Part shown: positions 11,701 to 23,598 of the stretch, in pieces
Layout of the letters: each line of letters starts with the position of its first letter
How positions within the stretch are numbered: the stretch's first letter is position 1
Source of the DNA: Girardia tigrina
Lineage: Eukaryota
DNA: 53,841 bases
Direction: 5' to 3'
Assembly: GCA_001938485.1 (NCBI GenBank)
Contig: MQRK01236146.1
Coordinates: 1 to 53,841 of the forward strand
The notes under the pieces: model-generated
The model's database searches: none
What the model was told of the DNA's origin: nothing
What the model saw: the letters and a program-made list of their open reading frames with translations, nothing else
Program-made: the position numbers and the translations under genes

Positions 11701-12613
11701 TATTTAGTTGAATTTCGAATTATTTTACCAATGATTTAGTCAAACAAATTTAACAAGACCAAATAGATTATCGATTAAGAATTTATTTTTAAACACATTT
11801 TTTTTACAAAATTGATTTTTTTGAAATTGAACATTTTGACATACTTTGTTTAATTTTTATAATTGACAATTTATTTAACTTCACAGTTTTTTAAAAAAAA
11901 CACAAAAATTGCAATTGTAATGAAGCACACACACATCGTTCAATCACATTCAAAATATCCCAACACACATACATCCATTACACATATCGAGAAAAACAAT
12001 TAACATACACACACTCAAATGCCCATGTGATTACTATTTACCGAATTGAATTTTAAATTCATTTGAATAAAAATGAACATTTAATTGCCAAACTCAAATA
12101 GAAATACTGTAAAATTTACTATTTCGACAATTACGAAATAACAAATTTTACTTGAAAATAAATAGTAAAATTAACAAGAAACTAATAATTAAAATAAAGA
12201 ACTATTGTCACAAAATAAAAATTATAAAAATAACCTTTGAAATCGACAACATTTATTATCAACAAAAAAAAACTTTACACAATCCAAATCCGCGAACGGT
12301 AAATAATTATTATACTCCAATTTGCAGTCAATAACCAATATTGATTTGTAATTAGCATATTACATATTAAAATGCTAATTTATAATTTTTCTTTTAATTA
12401 TAAAGTTTCAATTTTGCAAAGAATCTTCTTATTGTGTTCAATAAGCAGTTATATTTTGAAAACTTGTTTCTGTGTTAAATTAATTTCTTGGAATGACGCA
12501 TTCTTGTGACATTAAAAAAACAATAAAAGATGACGGAGTTATACAACATAAAACAGTCAACAACACAATTGATTAGTCAATAAATTTATTTTTAGTAAGA
12601 ATTGATCACAAAG

Positions 12614-13052
12614 CCATTACATGGATAATGACAACAAAAAAACAACGCAACACTACCAAAGAAAAGAAATGCACATTCAACACAAATACAAAAAAAATAT
12701 CGAGAGATATTTACGAAAAAAAATACGAAACCACATGAAAGTGATTGCTTAAGTATTTAATTAATTTATTCTTTAATTATTATTTTATATAATTAATATT
12801 TTAATTTAATTGCTCTTATTACTTTATTTAATTTACTTTATTTTACTTTAATTATTTAATTTAATTAATTATATAAACTTATTTATTTATTCAATTTCTT
12901 TACATTATATTCCAAATTGACAAAATGTTCGGTCAAACATTTAATATATAAATAATATCTCTCGATATTTTTTTTTGTATTTGTGTTGAATGTGCATTTC
13001 TTTTCTTTGGTAGTGTTGCGTTGTTTTTTTGTTGTCATTATCCGTGTAATGG
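12614..13052. repeat. ~98-bp inverted repeat (12614-12711 / 12954-13052)
   Basis: Arms differ by one substitution and one A-run indel; CA/GT-rich LTR-like sequence. Confidence 0.9.
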
Positions 13053-13070
13053 AGGTTTTTCCGTTTTCTT

Positions 13071-13330
13071 AGGGGGGGACTGTTGTGTTAATTTAACTCC
13101 GCGTGTATTGGTCAAAGAATGATGTGGTCTTTCTTTCATTTGTCTCTGTACATGACCTTGATTGGTTCGATTGTTCTCTGTACATGGGCATGTCTTGGGT
13201 GTGGTGTATGTTGTGTTTGCAATGGTTTGTGCGTGATTATATTCTTTATTTTTTTTTGTTTTTGATTTTTATCGTGGTCGGAATTTTTCTCGAAACGTTA
13301 AATCATGTTATGCGGATTGGCAGAGATAAT
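13071..13330 (+). mobile_element. Polypurine tract plus start of an LTR
   Basis: AGGGGGGGAC immediately followed by TGTTGTGTT at 13081 and a GT-rich tract; 3' boundary not identified. Confidence 0.55.
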
Positions 13331-13590
13331 GTTCTTTAAGAAGAGAGTAGAGAATATTCCCACTGTGTCGTATGAGGATTTCGAGCAAGATTATTTGTTG
13401 CGCGGAGAAGTGCAATTTGTCAATGCGTTTAGTTAGTTTGTTTATAGTATTATTGGTGTTTCTGCGGAAGTCTTTCTGCATCCAGACAAAGATAGGAGTT
13501 ATCAGAAAATTGTTATTTCCACTAATGTTCCAGTGATTGCAAGAATTAAAGCTACCTAAAGAATATGAAAATTTCTTCACGAGAAACAGT

Positions 13591-13773
13591 CCGCAAGAAT
13601 ATGCTGCAAGTGTTGGTTACATAGAGCAGTGTTTCAGAAATAAAAATAAGTATTTAAACAAGGAAGTTTATTGTCATCATACGTGTGCTACTGATACAAG
13701 CAATATTCAATTTGTTTTCGATGCTGTTACGGATTTAATTATATCAAATAATTTACGAGGTTGTGGACTATAT
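13591..13773 (+). pseudogene. GNAO1: G-protein alpha-o C-terminal fragment, stop codon lost
   Basis: [52 protein letters not shown]; NNLRGCGLY is the Go-alpha C-terminus. The next codon is GGA rather than a stop, and no upstream G-alpha exons were recognised. Confidence 0.88.
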
Positions 13774-15404
13774 GGATTGAAAAATATTAAAGGTGTTACT
13801 AATCTTTATTTCACAANAACATTTCACTGATTGCAATACATTTATTTACGTTAATATATATTTTATATTCGATTCTCTCGTGCGTGATCTTCTCTTAGAT
13901 CCGGAAGATGTCATTTGTTGATCCTCATCATTACCTCTGACATGAAGACTGGGATTTTAATTTTGGAGTCACTATTTAAATTTGCATTTTGAAACGGATT
14001 GGTCGTATTATTATTTTAACTGCGCCGCAGGAAATATCCTTATTTAAATACTTTTTGTCTCCTTGATAAAACGAATCAAACTGCCTTTTACTTTTACCAT
14101 TGCTAGATGATGACGGGATTCTAATTTAGAAGTTATAAATTATAAATGTATTGAAAAAAAGATCAATAGAAAAATAGAAATCGATAAAATATATTAACAA
14201 TAATTACTTACTTACCGTTGACTTATATGCCGTTGGCGTGTGTCTTGATAGAGGATGTTAGTTTTTTTTATGTTAAAAAATTTCATGATAATAAAATTTT
14301 TCGTGATACAAGGTTAATTTTTTTATTTGATTTTTTTTAGAATTATCGTTAACTAGTTGTTAATATTTTTACTTTCTATAATTTATTTGTAGTAAAAATA
14401 GACTCATTTTGTTGACTACTTGAGTCTATTTTTACATATTTATTCAATTTCTTTACATTATATTCCAAATTGACAAAATGTTCGGTCAAACATTTAATTT
14501 TCTGTTCCAATTTACTTTATATATTTTCCGCTTATTTATGAAAGTGTTCATCGATGAAACTAAAGATATGTAAAATTATGAAAAGAGAATTTATAGTTTA
14601 TCAAACATATATACATTTATTGTTGTTTATTAAACTAAGTGTTTTTCATTCTTTGAAGATTATTAATAAAAAAATATTTAATAAATATATAAAAATAATA
14701 ACATGATTAAAATCCACAATAATTTCATGATTTTGATATTATTAATCACTAAAAGAAAAAAATATTTTTCAAGATTATTTTTCAAAATTTTTCTGTTAGC
14801 AATATGATGAAAAAGCAATTAGAAAACATAAAATTATCATTTCCAAAACAAAAATGAGTACTTTTTTTGTTTTTTTATAAGAAAGATTAATAAAAGAAAG
14901 ATCGAATAACGGTTGAGAGAAGAGACCGAAAGAAAAGCAAATGTACAAAACGATTTAAAAATTATTTTCAGATCAATTTACATCGGAAAAATATTAAATA
15001 TATTTTTGTGAATAAAAAGATTTAATTCTTTTACTTTTTCATTTTTATTTTTATTGAAAATTTATTTTATAATATATGATACTTTTTTATTTTAACAAAT
15101 TTATTTGATTTTTCACAAAATTCAAGAAAATTAATTTAAAATGCATTAATTTCACCGCAAAGCATAAATACAAATAATTATATATTTTTATTTTTTTATA
15201 AAAACTGATTATTGTTAAATATGTGAATATTGTGGGGACTTATGAATTTTTTTCAAAAGTAAAACGAAAAGGCTGACCTTTGAGACACTTTTCTGGACAA
15301 AATGCTTTTTTAAACCCATCATGATGATATCTGGGAAATGTTTTTACTTCATTTTATATTTATTAACCCAACATATTATTTTGAATGGATCTCCGCTAAT
15401 TATC

Positions 15405-15456
15405 CGTAGGAGAGACACAATTCCAAATCAACATACAACATTCAAACACAAAACAT
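15405..15456 (-). repeat. LTR family A short fragment
   Basis: TAGGAGAGACACAATTCCAAATCAACATACAACATTCAAACACAAAACAT is nearly identical to 9140-9188. Confidence 0.75.
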
Positions 15457-16011
15457 GAGGATATTAATTTTGTTCTTGTTGGGCAAGACTGTTTTAATTG
15501 ATTATTTTATTATTTACATTTCTCATTTTTTTATTTAAAATCGAATTTTATATATTTATCACAAAAGTAAAGAATTTGAACACATTAGAAGTACAAATCT
15601 TTTAATCAAATAATAACAATGTATCCAAATAAAATGTTCAACCGATAATTGACTGATCTTCCTCAATCATCCAAGACGGATACATTAACAAACTCTTTGC
15701 CTTAAAACTTTCTCTCTTTACCTAATTAATATTGAAATTATTTAATTGTTAATCATATATTTGTCTATGAGGAAATCTCCAATCACTCCAAAGCAAGCCT
15801 CATGAATAGGCATCGGTAAGAGATGAAGATAAAGGAATTTAGAGATCCCAATATTAATCAAAATCGTTTGAACTGAGGTAAATGAAGTATCTAAAACTCA
15901 GATAATCTTTATTATTGAAACTTTTCGATCTTCGTCTACAATTGTGTCAAAGTTATTTATAGACTGTTGGAAACAGGGTACTTCTCAGTCACAAAATTTG
16001 AAACATACAAT

Positions 16012-16700
16012 TGTGAGGGAAAGTTAATACTATAATAGAATAATGATTTCTGTCTGTGTGAAGTTCCCGAGGATTAAAGTGATTCGTTTAAACAACGACG
16101 GGAAATTTTGTGATTATCTTTATCTTCATAATTATTTTAATTATTTTACTATTATCTACAAATGTTTAAACTATTTTTCTTGAATTTTTAATCAACTTTC
16201 CATAATGCTATCGAGCTGAAATTTTCAGGGTAGTCGTATTTTGCTTTAACATTTCGATTGAACAAATCAACTGATCTCAAAAAGTTAATTTTAATTTTTT
16301 AGGAAAAAATCGATGTGGGATTATCTACAAATGTTTAAACAGTTTTTTTGTGATTTTAAACCTCTTCCCCTGATGCTATCGAGTTATTATCGTTTATTAT
16401 TTGTATTCTTATCACTATTATTCTTATAATTTCCTTTTACTTATTATAAAAAAATTTAAATTAAAAAAATTAATTTTGAAAAATTGAAATAAACACCGAA
16501 TTCGAGACAATAAATAATAAATTATAACTACAATTTAAAAATTAAAACAGAAACTTTCGAAGACGAAAATTTAACTCCCCCGTCACACATGACGGGTCTA
16601 TTTCTAGTTCTAAATATTGTGACTTTGTTGTTTGTATGCTGTTTAGATTGGTGACTTACCTATCCAGATTGGATTGATATTTTATTGGTTAATTATCTAA
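16012..16700 (+). mobile_element. Diverged LTR family A copy interrupted by the Helitron
   Basis: TGTGAGGGAAAGT before the Helitron; after it a GT-rich tract with GATTGGTGACTTACCTATCCAGAT matching family core GATTGTGTCTCTCTTAATCAGAT. Confidence 0.55.
16025..16607 (+). mobile_element. Non-autonomous Helitron
   Basis: 3' hairpin CCCGTCA-CACA-TGACGGG (16579-16596), then CTAG (16604-16607) followed by T; 5' TAATACTATAATAG...TCTGTCTGTGTG; internal ~65-bp duplication (16151, 16320); no TSD. Confidence 0.78.
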
Positions 16701-16840
16701 ATCTAATGATATTAATGTTTAAATACGAATTAATTAAAAGGTTTGTAATTTGAAATTTTAATAATACTTTAAGAAAATAATTTAACTTATTAAATTTAAT
16801 ATAATGAAAAAAGCTAATGTTTATTTTAAAATTTACTTAA

Positions 16841-17075
16841 CCCCTTTACCGTGTGTCACGAGTTAACTCGTCATATGAAATCTTGGGCTTAACCGTACAT
16901 CACGAGTTAACTCATCTTCAGATATATAAAAGTCGTCTGTGTGCCGTTCGTCCCAAGTTAACTTGTCCTGATACAAAAAAGCATTGGAAATCAATAACAA
17001 TGTAGAGAGGGAGGTTAAACTAACAGCCAATTCAACAGCGGATGATAAAAAAATTTTTTTTCCACGGTAAAGGGG
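16841..17075. mobile_element. piggyBac-type MITE
   Basis: Perfect 13-bp TIR CCCCTTTACCGTG/CACGGTAAAGGGG with TTAA on both sides; subterminal palindromic CGAGTTAACTC repeats. Confidence 0.9.
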
Positions 17076-18361
17076 TTAATGTATTTTTACTCAATAAAAT
17101 TTTGAAAAATTCAATTTTATAATCTCATTTATTGATCAAAGATTTGAATAAATATACAAAAATATATTAATCAAGAAAGATACTTACTGAAGATGGTATT
17201 ACTGAAAGTAGTTATAAAGAATATGTTATGTTGTTAATAAATGTTTTCACGCAAATTGTGATGTTACTAATAACCAAATTGCTACTATAAAAATAAAACA
17301 TTATAAATTAGAGTAATAACGATTTTAAATTTAAAACACTCGAATTTTGAATTAGTTCTTTCAGATTAATCAAATTGTTTTTTAATTAATTTTTTAATTA
17401 TTCTAAAAATAATTTCTTTTTAAATTGAAAAACTTAATTTATTGTTCACATAAATAAAATATTTTCTTTATTTTTTAGTGAATTCAGTTAACTTTACGAG
17501 GCATATGGTCCGCCAGAAAACGTTTTTAAACTTTTCTGATCCGTGACTTAAAATGTTGACCCCTCCTGATATTGATTATTATATCCAATTCTCTTCAATT
17601 ATTATCTATCTAAAATAAAGAATAATTATTAACAATTAAGCTATTCAATTTTAATTGGTAAATTTATTTTTGAACAAATATTGAATATATAAAGTATAAT
17701 ATCACCAAATCTCTTTTACTGTTTCACCACCAACAAACCTTCGGTGAAGATAACCTCTGATGAATACCCTTATCAAATTGTTTGATCGTCGAAATGGAAA
17801 ATTAATTCCTTTAATATAAATTATTTCTATACAATTTTCTTTTTAATTATTCATTATTTGTTATTATTATTCTCAAAATGTCCAGACTTTATGGGAGCCA
17901 ATCAATTAAAATAGAAATTAACGAATTACTAAAAGGACATTTTAGATTGAAATAAAAAAAATTAATTTTTTTTCAACTTCATTTTTTACATTTAAAAAAC
18001 AGACTAAAGTGAGTTTCAAATAAATATACTGAAGTAGCTCATATGCTATCGCAATTTGCAAATACGCCCTTATATCATCAAGTATTAAGAAGACTGGATT
18101 ATATTATTTTATAAATAAATAATAAGATATTTTTAATGTGTTTATAGGCCATATTAGCTATTTTCTTAGCTATTTTCTTATTTCTGGGTTAGGTGAATCC
18201 GGCTTTCATGGTTCCCCAGTCGTTTCGTTTTTATCATTTGTCTCTCAGAATCTTTGGTGATTGCTTTTTTACCTTTTTAAACTTGTACTATCTCTTTAAA
18301 AACTTAATATCTTTAAAAAATTATTTCTTTGTTAAGAAGCAATTCGAAATTCTCTTCTCAA

Positions 18362-18670
18362 CCAACGGCCGCGTTAGTACTTATATGGGTGACCGAAAGT
18401 GAAATCGCGGGGTCATGACTACAGGTCAGGTTAGACTAGCTGTCTGCTATAGGTACCATATAAACCAGTAATACCTGTCCCATGGTCGAATGACTGGCGA
18501 CTAAACGGGCTCCCTCACCCAGAGCAACCTGGGTGAAGAGGGTGTGTGGACATCAAGCAGGATGAAAAATAACCTAGCAAAATGTGGATGAGCTCCTTGG
18601 AGCCAACGGCCATCCATACCTGGAGAGGAGATAGGCGCCACCATTTTCCTTGCCTACTGAGACACTTAAA
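18362..18670 (+). mobile_element. SINE-like element with 5S rRNA-derived head and structured GC-rich body
   Basis: GGCCGCGTTAGTACTTATATGGGTGACCG matches 5S rRNA intermediate element/box C (GGTTAGTACTTGGATGGGAGACCG). Hairpins follow: GGTCAT/ATGACT, ACAGGT/ACCTGT, TCACCCAG/CTGGGTGA, GGATG..GCTCC/GGAGC..CATCC. Confidence 0.55.
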
Positions 18671-18934
18671 AATATACAAAAGCAAGCCATAAATGTTTGT
18701 GCAAAATAGAGTGCACCCACGGCCCAACGGCTACAGTACCAAAAAATCAATAATACATAAACAATATCCAAGCACTGACTCAAAGGAAAAACGGTGATTA
18801 ATTAAAACGTACTCAACCTTAATTGGATAAGATATAATTATTAAATATAAAAGAATTCACTCAATGTTTCTGTCTTTACTATTAGGTTGGAACGGCAGTT
18901 TTGACAGTAAATTAACATTTTATTAAAAGAATAT

Positions 18935-19273
18935 TTTTTTGGATGTTTTCAGTTTTTGGACGTCCACTTTGTGGTTCATCTTCAATGCTTTTTCGACCAC
19001 GTTTAAACTCCGAAATCCAATTTTTTACTAAGGAGAATTTTCACGTTACACATTCACCATATAAGTATGAATTTCTTCTACTTTTAAGCCGTTCATAAAT
19101 ACATGTTTCTTGAATTAATCCATTACTAAAAAAATTCAATGTCAAGTCAATTTTAAATGGATTTTTTTAGCATGTGTTCATATGACATACATAACTTTCT
19201 AACACGTCTATCCTTTAGCAGTTTAAATCGCCATATCTGTGTTAGGCTAAGAACTTTTCGAACACTCTACGTA
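18935..19273 (-). mobile_element. Mariner 5' remnant (TIR plus HTH region)
   Basis: VKNWISEFKRGRKSIEDEPQSGRPKTE on -; TIR-like TACGTAGAGTGTTCGAAAAGTT at ~19252-19273. Confidence 0.75.
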
Positions 19274-19428
19274 TTTCAATTCCAAACAAAAATAAAACAA
19301 AACATTTAATATTTAATTTTCAAAAATCTAATTTGTTAAACTTGTAATGAATTGATCATATATATATATATANNNNNNNNNNNNNNNNNNNNNNNNNNNN
19401 NNNNNNNNNNNNNNNNNNNNNNNNNNNN

Positions 19429-19466
<38 letters not shown>

Positions 19467-19769
19467 ATATATATATATTTATTTTTTTTTATTAAAAGTA
19501 TAGTAAAAAAAATAAATCTTTATATATGTATATATTTAGAAAATTATTTGATAATTGTAATTAAAAAAAATTAAATTGTTGTTTCTGGAAAAAAAATAAT
19601 TAATGATTTGTTTTAATGATATAATTGTGAATTTGTGAATTTTGAATGTCGATCAAAATAAAAAATTTCCAGTTATCAATTGATTTATTGATTTAAAGAA
19701 TTATTCTAATTATTATTCGTAATTATTGATTATCGGCGAATGAATATTTCTCGATTCAACAAACCCGAA

Positions 19770-20335
19770 CTGATTATGGAACAAATGAAAATCGGATTGA
19801 TCGCCGATGTTCGGTATTGCGATTGCGACGCCGATTGTAACTACGAAAAAACCAACGAACGATTCTATCGCTTTATTCTCAATCAATTGGATAAATCGTT
19901 GAAATATTTCCAATTAAAAAGCGTGAAACACATTTTTCAACTCGGCAGTTTGGTCGACGGTCGATGCAAACGATATCGAGGTTTTGATTCGGCAAAGGCA
20001 CTGACTGAAGTGAGATTCAGCAACGATCGATTCTTCACGTTTCATATGATCCTTGTGCAATTTGTCGCGAGAGGAATTCGTTGATTCGTTTCTCGGGAAA
20101 TCGTTGAGGAAATGTCAATCGAAGACGGCGATGAGCGATCGATCAAGTTGGAATTTTTATCGAGGAGATTTGTAGGGAAAGTGTCGGTGATTGTGATTGA
20201 TTCGTATGAGATCGGTGTGCTCAATCAATGCAAGATCGAACAGTTAAATGAAGATAAAATAATAATTGATGGCGATCACTCTACAATTTTAGCAGTCGAC
20301 GATGCGATTAAAATGAATTCATGTCACAAAATTGA
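19770..20335 (+). pseudogene. ADPRM: Mn-dependent ADP-ribose/CDP-alcohol diphosphatase (ADPRM) pseudogene with multiple internal deletions
   Basis: IGLIADVRYCD...NYEKTNERFYR...IFQLGSLVDG and VIVIDSYEIGVL correspond to ADPRM FGVIADVQFAD...RRYYR...LQLGDIIDG and ILLDAYDLSVL. GD is mutated, GNHE is missing, stop at 20082. Confidence 0.72.
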
Positions 20336-20399
20336 AAGTGTTTTGATGACTATTAATTTACACGAATATGCTAGGATAGCCGAGTTAATTTAGCTGAAA

Positions 20400-20664
20400 C
20401 AAAACTTAATTAACTATCTTTTCAAAATAAATATTCATTTCAAAATTACATTAAATTTAATTAAATTAAATTGCTATTAAAATTTGATACTATAAAATAC
20501 TAAATTATATTTATTTCTTATTTGAGTATTAAACTTACTAAATTACTTTCAAATAATTAATTAATTATTTCAATCAGTCGTATGGGTAGGAGAGTCACCA
20601 AGGCAAAACAATACACGAATATCCACCACAGAAAACCCCAGAACATTCAAAATATTTTTTTACA
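20400..20664 (-). mobile_element. Diverged LTR family A copy
   Basis: TGGGTAGGAGAGTCACCAAGGCAAAACAATAC...AACATTCAAAATATTTTTTTACA matches the family core and terminus. Confidence 0.6.
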
Positions 20665-23484
20665 ATAATAGTAATAATAATAATAACATTAAAAATAATA
20701 ATAAAAATAAGTAATAAGAATAAGAAATTAAATTATAAAATTTAAAATTAAATTTATCATTATATTAAAGAATATTATTATAGTTGAGATACCGATACCG
20801 ATATAATTGCTCAATTAATTTCCTCATTATTCTTTGAATCAACTCAAATTGAGCTCATTGACTGCAATTAAATTAAATGTTTTAACTTTGATTTACAAAA
20901 ATAATTTTCGTAAAACAATTTTATAAATTATTCGGTTTTCCGATTCTAATATAAGGATTTTTTTCGAAGGCAATTCGATCCTTCAAAAGCATTTTTGTTT
21001 GATAAATTAAAAATAATTTAGACGACTTTTGAAAGATTACGATTCATATGAAAATCTATTTTAATTAAAAATAATTTTAAATGATTTAAAGATGGGAAGA
21101 TAAAATAGATGTCAGCCATTTTGGTTGCTTTGAATTAACGAACGTTTATGATTCAAAGGAGCGGGTAAATGCTTTAATATTTAAATTTAAGACATTTTTG
21201 GATTTTTATTAAAGCGACCATAGCAAATTTTGCAAAGGATTTAAATTTTCACTTTTTGGTGCTATCCTTTTGTAATACTGCAAAATGAAAAGGTTACAAT
21301 TATATAAAGTTTTAAAGTCAGGCTTCAAAGAGGCATAATGAAGCCCACACTAATCTACTAGGGAGCAACACCCTTAAGAATGTGAAAATCAAAAACATCG
21401 AAGAAATATTTTTGTCTTAGCCCAGCATCAATAATAAATTTTATATTTTTCATTTATTGTAATACTATTTTATTGAAAGCATAAAATTTATTCATAAATT
21501 TTCTAATTATCTTTTCCTTCAAAAAAAATTATATTAAATTGTTTCAAATAAAAGAAGTATTAAGTTATTTATTTTTGATAAATTGAAACAAGAAATTCTC
21601 TAGCATTGATCAGAATCAATGTTGTTGTATCTTTTACACTCTCAAAACTTAATACTTCTTAATAATCCTCAAAGGTGATGTGGGAAATTTTCCCTGGAAA
21701 CTGATGCTTCACTGATTTAGTCAATTAACACAACAGGGATTACTGCTCACTCAAAGCTTCTCAATCGAAATAAATAAATAACTTATTCATCAAAAATTAT
21801 GGATATTTCATGACGGAATTCCATCGTTACCGGATTAATTTTCTCTTCTGCTTCTTCTTTAACCAAATCCTATGTAAAGACAAACAATATTTTGTCAACT
21901 GATTTATGATGATAACAAATGACAAGTTCAAACAAAAATTCAGAGATATGTTTTATATTTCATAGGAATATTATAAAGTCATCATTTTTGCTAAAATTCA
22001 ATAAATAAATTAATAATATTGTACGGAATTATATTGTCTTTCAATTATAATAATTAAGTCTTTTATAAAAAACTTGTTTTGCCTGATCTTCAGGTTACCC
22101 CAAAGGCAGAATAGTAGTAGGAATAGTGTGGTATTGGCGGATTTGATGCTTAGACATTTCGTGTTCGTGCTCACCCCATTTTATTGTTGAGAGTAAATGT
22201 TTGGTCATCAAATAATAATTTTTGTTTTTTATATATTATAATTGTCAATCGAGATAATTCGTTCAGAACTTTTTTTTCAAATATCGGATTCAACAAAATT
22301 TGTTATACAAATTTCGAAAAGTTCGATAAATTTTCCCAAATGCTCGAAATTTCGACAAAGTTTTCACTAATCATAAAATAATAATTCGATTCAAAATTAA
22401 TTTTTTCCAAAAACTGGACTAAATTTCACAATATCATAAACAGTGAAATCATGTCTTATTTAAGGCTCGTTCTGATTGGTTGACTAATCTGAGCGAGCCA
22501 TTTCATTCACTAACCACTCAGCAGATAATAATCGGTACAAAAACTAACCGCAACAGAAAAATGCACAATTGCTCAGTAATATGGAGTTGATGAGTCCATC
22601 GTTTTATAAATTATTTAAAAAGATAAATTTTATTTTTAAATTTAAATATTTAATTTTAATTCTGTTTTTTTTAATATTAAGTATTTATATTTTTATATAA
22701 ACAATGAAGTATAAAATGTTTCAGTGATTGTCAATCATTATCTAAGTTGTCTTGGCAGAAGAAGAGATGTTTTCGAACACAAATAATGATAAAGAAATTA
22801 TATTTTAATAAAGATTTATTCTGAAACAAAACTGATTCGTTAATAAATGTCTTTATTGTACATTTATACATTATTAGCAAACGTAAAATAAAAGAAATGA
22901 AGAAAATTTATCAGTGAAATAAAAAAGAATGGAAAGAGAATGCGGGAAAGGATGTTGAAATATAACTCGCAGATATCCAAAATTCAGTTAGGAAATATGG
23001 TAAAGGGAAATCAGTGTGGAATATATATTTTCTTTTTTCTTCTTTTTTTAAATTTGACAAATTTATTTCTAATGATTTACAATTTTCCCTTTTTAGTACT
23101 CTGGTGAGAATTGAGAATAATTTTTCTTCATATAAGCTCACAAATTATTTATTGTTAACAGTCGTAATATAAGTAATAATAAATTCGAAAAATATTTACT
23201 GATTTTGAATTTTTTGTCAGTTAAATAAATATCCATAAAAGTTATACATAAATATTTTAGTTAAATGTTTTTTTTTATTCTGATCGTTAATGTTTAGTTT
23301 AATTTTCGTTAATTAATTTTTTAAACATATTACCATTTATTTAATATTATTATACTACTTTCAATTAAATAATTAATCTTAGAGTGATAAAATAAAGAAA
23401 TTAATTCATTCAAAAAATTAAAAAATGATGGCAACTTATTTTTAAAGAGAAAAATACGCCATTTATTAAATAAAAATTTATTTT

Positions 23485-23531
23485 TTAAGACAATTAATTT
23501 CGACGGTATAACCGTCATCGTCAGGTCTCAA
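23485..23531 (-). ncRNA. Minimal type I hammerhead ribozyme in the Penelope 3' (pLTR) region
   Basis: TTGAGAC-CTGACGA-T-GACGG(TTATA)CCGTC-GAAA-TTAA-TT-GTCTTAA: 7-bp stem I, intact CUGANGA/GAAA core, 5-bp stem II, palindromic minimal stem III; ~70 nt downstream of the GIY-YIG stop. Confidence 0.85.
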
Positions 23532-23598
23532 GAAAAAAATGAATTTTAAATCTGCTTATATAGGCAAGCAGTGATTATGTCATCAATTGATTATTATG

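Larger units (their letters stand above)
12884..14498 (+). repeat. 62-bp identical direct repeats (12884-12945 and 14437-14498) bounding a 1.49-kb composite segment
   Basis: TATTTATTCAATTTCTTTACATTATATTCCAAATTGACAAAATGTTCGGTCAAACATTTAAT occurs twice. Confidence 0.9.

Noticed and set aside
18362-18415. Functional 5S rRNA gene
   Set aside because: Only the 3' half is recognisable; there is no clear box A, 5' helix or oligo-T terminator.
21560-22560. Decayed minus-strand gene with upstream CCAAT-like motif
   Set aside because: Coding-like composition but many stops and no recognisable family.
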